The position numbers were made by a program, and so were the translations under genes. The notes beneath the pieces are model-generated. The model was given only the letters and a program-made list of their open reading frames with translations. It was not told the DNA's origin and did no database searches. A stretch of DNA of 53,319 nucleotides, counting the filler, from Sphacelaria rigidula (Eukaryota): the NCBI GenBank assembly GCA_964200075.2. It is 3 parts of 3 records of this genome, joined end to end, with 100 filler letters (N's around TTAATTAATTAA, not from the genome) between each part and the next. Parts side by side here need not be neighbours in the genome. Positions count along the whole stretch, not along the records: positions 35,623 to 53,319 come from CAXNAA020001014.1; 2 more parts are not named here. One strand, 5' to 3'. This document shows, piece after piece, positions 50,461-53,319 of the stretch. Every line of letters starts with the position of its first letter. Positions within the stretch are counted from its first letter, which is position 1.

Positions 50461-51929
50461 AACCACGTGATGAAGTCATGATTGTGTCTTCATATCTGTG
50501 TGAGGTCAAGTCTCACGAAAGAGTTGCTTCGGCGTCCGACGGTTTTCGACATCCCCAAGTCTTGATATTGCCCAGGACGTTCGGCCGATATTACGCTAGC
50601 TTCTTCGTACACAGACGACACGATTTTGGAGGTGTGTCATCATCCATGAGCTTTTTCATATGTCGATATACAGGTTTATGAAATGACCGGTGGATACCAA
50701 ATTCCTGCGATGGGTTTGTAATCATGTTGTCTATAGTGAGCGGGCCACATAATCATTATATATTTCTGCTCCGATACGAGGTTTCTGATACCCCCCGTCT
50801 CCAGTCTATGGTCTCATGACTATGGCATGCATGATCATGAGTACACCCCCCCCCTCCTGGAGACCGACCCTTTCAGGAGGGGAAATGCCTCCATTTATTT
50901 TTAAACAAAGTCCCGCACAGCAATACCATCGTGAAAGTTCACGTTGAGATGTTTGCAATGATGCAAGTGTCGAAGGGGTGGGTGCGGCTGTCTGCGGGAA
51001 CATGGAAGTTGGGATTCTCATTTGCCTCACCTGAACATGTCGTGTTGTGTGTTCAAACGGCTAGCTTCAGCGGGTATGGCACGCATACTGTGAGCACGCG
51101 TCCGGCTGGTTCTCCCCGTGCCATTCGCCACCATGGCTGTGCATTTAGCGTGGCATCATCTGTTGATCAGTTGTCGCATGTTGAGTGATCCACCACGGCG
51201 TGATTTATCATATGAAGTCCGTTGTCACCATTGACGAAGAGCGTCGATAGCTACCTTGTCTACATGTGCGGTACGTCCATTGCTTGGTCGATAGAAGTTC
51301 GTCTTGTGTTTTTTTCGGAGTATGCTGTCTCTGCTACCTATCCCGTCACTTTATGCTGCCGTCGACGAACGTGCAGGAACTCCGACGTTACGTAGCTGGT
51401 GTTGGGGTTAGTGTGAGCTTTGAGGTCGCCCTCGTCGCCGAGTTGAAGGATGAGGTTTTATCGCCTATGGTTGATATGCGCCACCAAGCTGCAGGGGGAC
51501 AAATCCCCAACCTGCAACATGGGTAACAGAACAAACACGTGCGAAACACAGTCGAGTCTCCTTCGCAAAATACTGAGGTGCCGTAGGATCTGTATGCCGA
51601 TCGAGGGAAACTCATCAATTTTTTATTGGCGTATGTGCGCGTATTCCATCCAGTCTAGCTTGGGGTTCATAAAACACAAGACAACAAATCCATTCGTTTT
51701 ACTTTTACAATTTACGTGAGGACCGCAGATTCAGGTTCGTGCTAGGTTGTGGGCTCAGTGGAAACTGGTTTTAAGAGTTCGTGTAGATGACAAATGATGG
51801 ACATCTGAGTACACTGGACATAAGTAAACTGTTGAAGCCACCCCTAGCTCTCCACACCTTCACCCTGTAACCCACGCTCCCCCCCACCGCTAATCTTCAC
51901 TGCTGATTCTGCATTTTGTTTGAACTCAG

Positions 51930-52083
51930 GACCCAGACCTGCACTTCAACGAGACGAAATATGGGGCAATCGTCTCCGCAATTTCTGTACCCAACCTGTT
52001 CATGCCGTTTTTCGGGGGCATGTTCCTGGACGCCCAGGGTCACAAGGAAGGCATACTCGTGTTCCTCGCGGTAACTCTTATCG
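51930..52083 (+). CDS. Major facilitator superfamily transporter (MFSD1-like), single internal exon
   Basis: ctcag|DPDLHFNETKYGAIVSAISVPNLFMPFFGGMFLDAQGHKEGILVFLAVTLI-G|gtgagc; PNxxxPFFGGxxxDxxG is the MFSD1-type TM2/motif A. Not in the ORF track because it is short. Confidence 0.75.
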
Positions 52084-53319
52084 GTGAGCGATCATGATCG
52101 AGCAAGTCATTGTTATGATTATTTTTGTCCTCCAACCCCTTTCCTTCCTCGGAACGAGCCCGTGGTCTTGTCTCAAGGGAACAGCTTATCTACCGCGGTA
52201 TACGCCTCCTTATACTTTGATCTTGCGGACTGGATCATGACCAGCAGCACTCTTGTCTAACAAACTCAGAAGAGCAGGCATTTTTTTGCTGCCCGCGTCC
52301 TCTCGATTCCAGCAATGGGAATCATGTACTCCTGAGAAGAAAAAAAAGTCAAATAAGATGCACCTGGTAGGGATCGAACTCGCGTTTTTCCAGCCCTATT
52401 TGTATTACTTCTAACACTTCACGACTAAGGCGGAGCGGCATGCGCATGTTTTTGCAAGTATGATCTGGTTGGTTTGACGGGCTGAATAACTGCTTCTTTT
52501 GGCACAATTAAGTCATGATTCCAGTCGTGGTTGCGAGATGACTGTGGGACGTATCTCTTAGAGGTCAAGGAACGAAAACTCTCGCTGAAGAACATTCTTG
52601 CAGTGTCTTGGCGGGCGTACGGCGATGATGTATATGGTGGTACTCAGTGGACACCAAAGGCGAAATTGAACAGACCCCACGGAGCTTGTAGTCCACCCCT
52701 TGTCGCTGTTTTTAGTTTTACAATCAGAGAGTTGAACCCTAGTTCTCGTTTATCGTGTGTGACCCTGCGCATGCATGCCAGGGGTGTTCGAGTTTGCGTT
52801 TGTCTTGAACCCCCGAGCGTAGGTGCTGCGCCTCAACAAGCAAGACTACACAAAAGAGGAGGCAAACATCATTTTGTGTGAAAGAAAGTCGGAGGGCGAC
52901 CGTACAACACCCTCCCTCTCAACTCGGGGGAATGTTCTTGGATCAAACTCACTCGTGAGCTTGTTAGACGGACGGAGTTGACTCCAAGTGTTTCCACTCC
53001 TGTATAACGACTGTACAGTGTAGACCTGAATATACACAGGCACGATCTTTGTGAGCAGAATCTGACTTGCGTCCTTGAAGGCGTGAGGAAATGCTGATGG
53101 ACATGATCCAATCCCCGACCCCTCATGTCAGGCAGGTCCTGGGGTAGAGATGGGTTGCTCCGCCGAGATGGAGGACTCATCTCGGGGAAATTTGAAGACG
53201 TCAGCCTGGTCCGGCGAGAACCCGGCGTGCCGTCCCGGCTTTGTAGGGGCGGACCCCAGATGGGGTTGGCGTCGGTTGGCGATGATGCTATGAAGCACGC
53301 CACTCACTACGTAAGCTAG

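Overview
Eukaryotic, intron-rich, TE-rich DNA. The GT-AG introns, short exons, cytosolic HSP70 and repeat style suggest a brown alga or related ochrophyte (inference). The window is not contiguous: two 100-bp N44-TTAATTAATTAA-N44 linkers (17716-17815, 35523-35622) join three pieces of 17715, 17707 and 17697 bp, probably size-sorted scaffolds. Piece A holds a head-to-head gene pair: (i) a divergent 20S proteasome alpha-3-like gene (minus strand, 5 exons found, no 3' exons found) with an unexpected signal-peptide-like N-terminal extension, and (ii) a large multi-exon hypothetical gene with a signal peptide and a 3.1-kb low-complexity exon. Piece B holds the first two exons of a cytosolic HSP70 with a heat-shock-element cluster, followed by TE relics (Sola2-like MITEs with 4-bp TSDs, a hAT-like element, a LINE relic, tRNA-derived SINEs). 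Piece C is mostly TEs, notably about 13 piggyBac-like ~100-bp MITEs chained through TTAA sites and a 1.5-kb TTAA-flanked piggyBac-like element, plus one exon of an MFSD1-like transporter. Exon models were derived by eye, and family assignments rest on remembered motifs; no database search was run.
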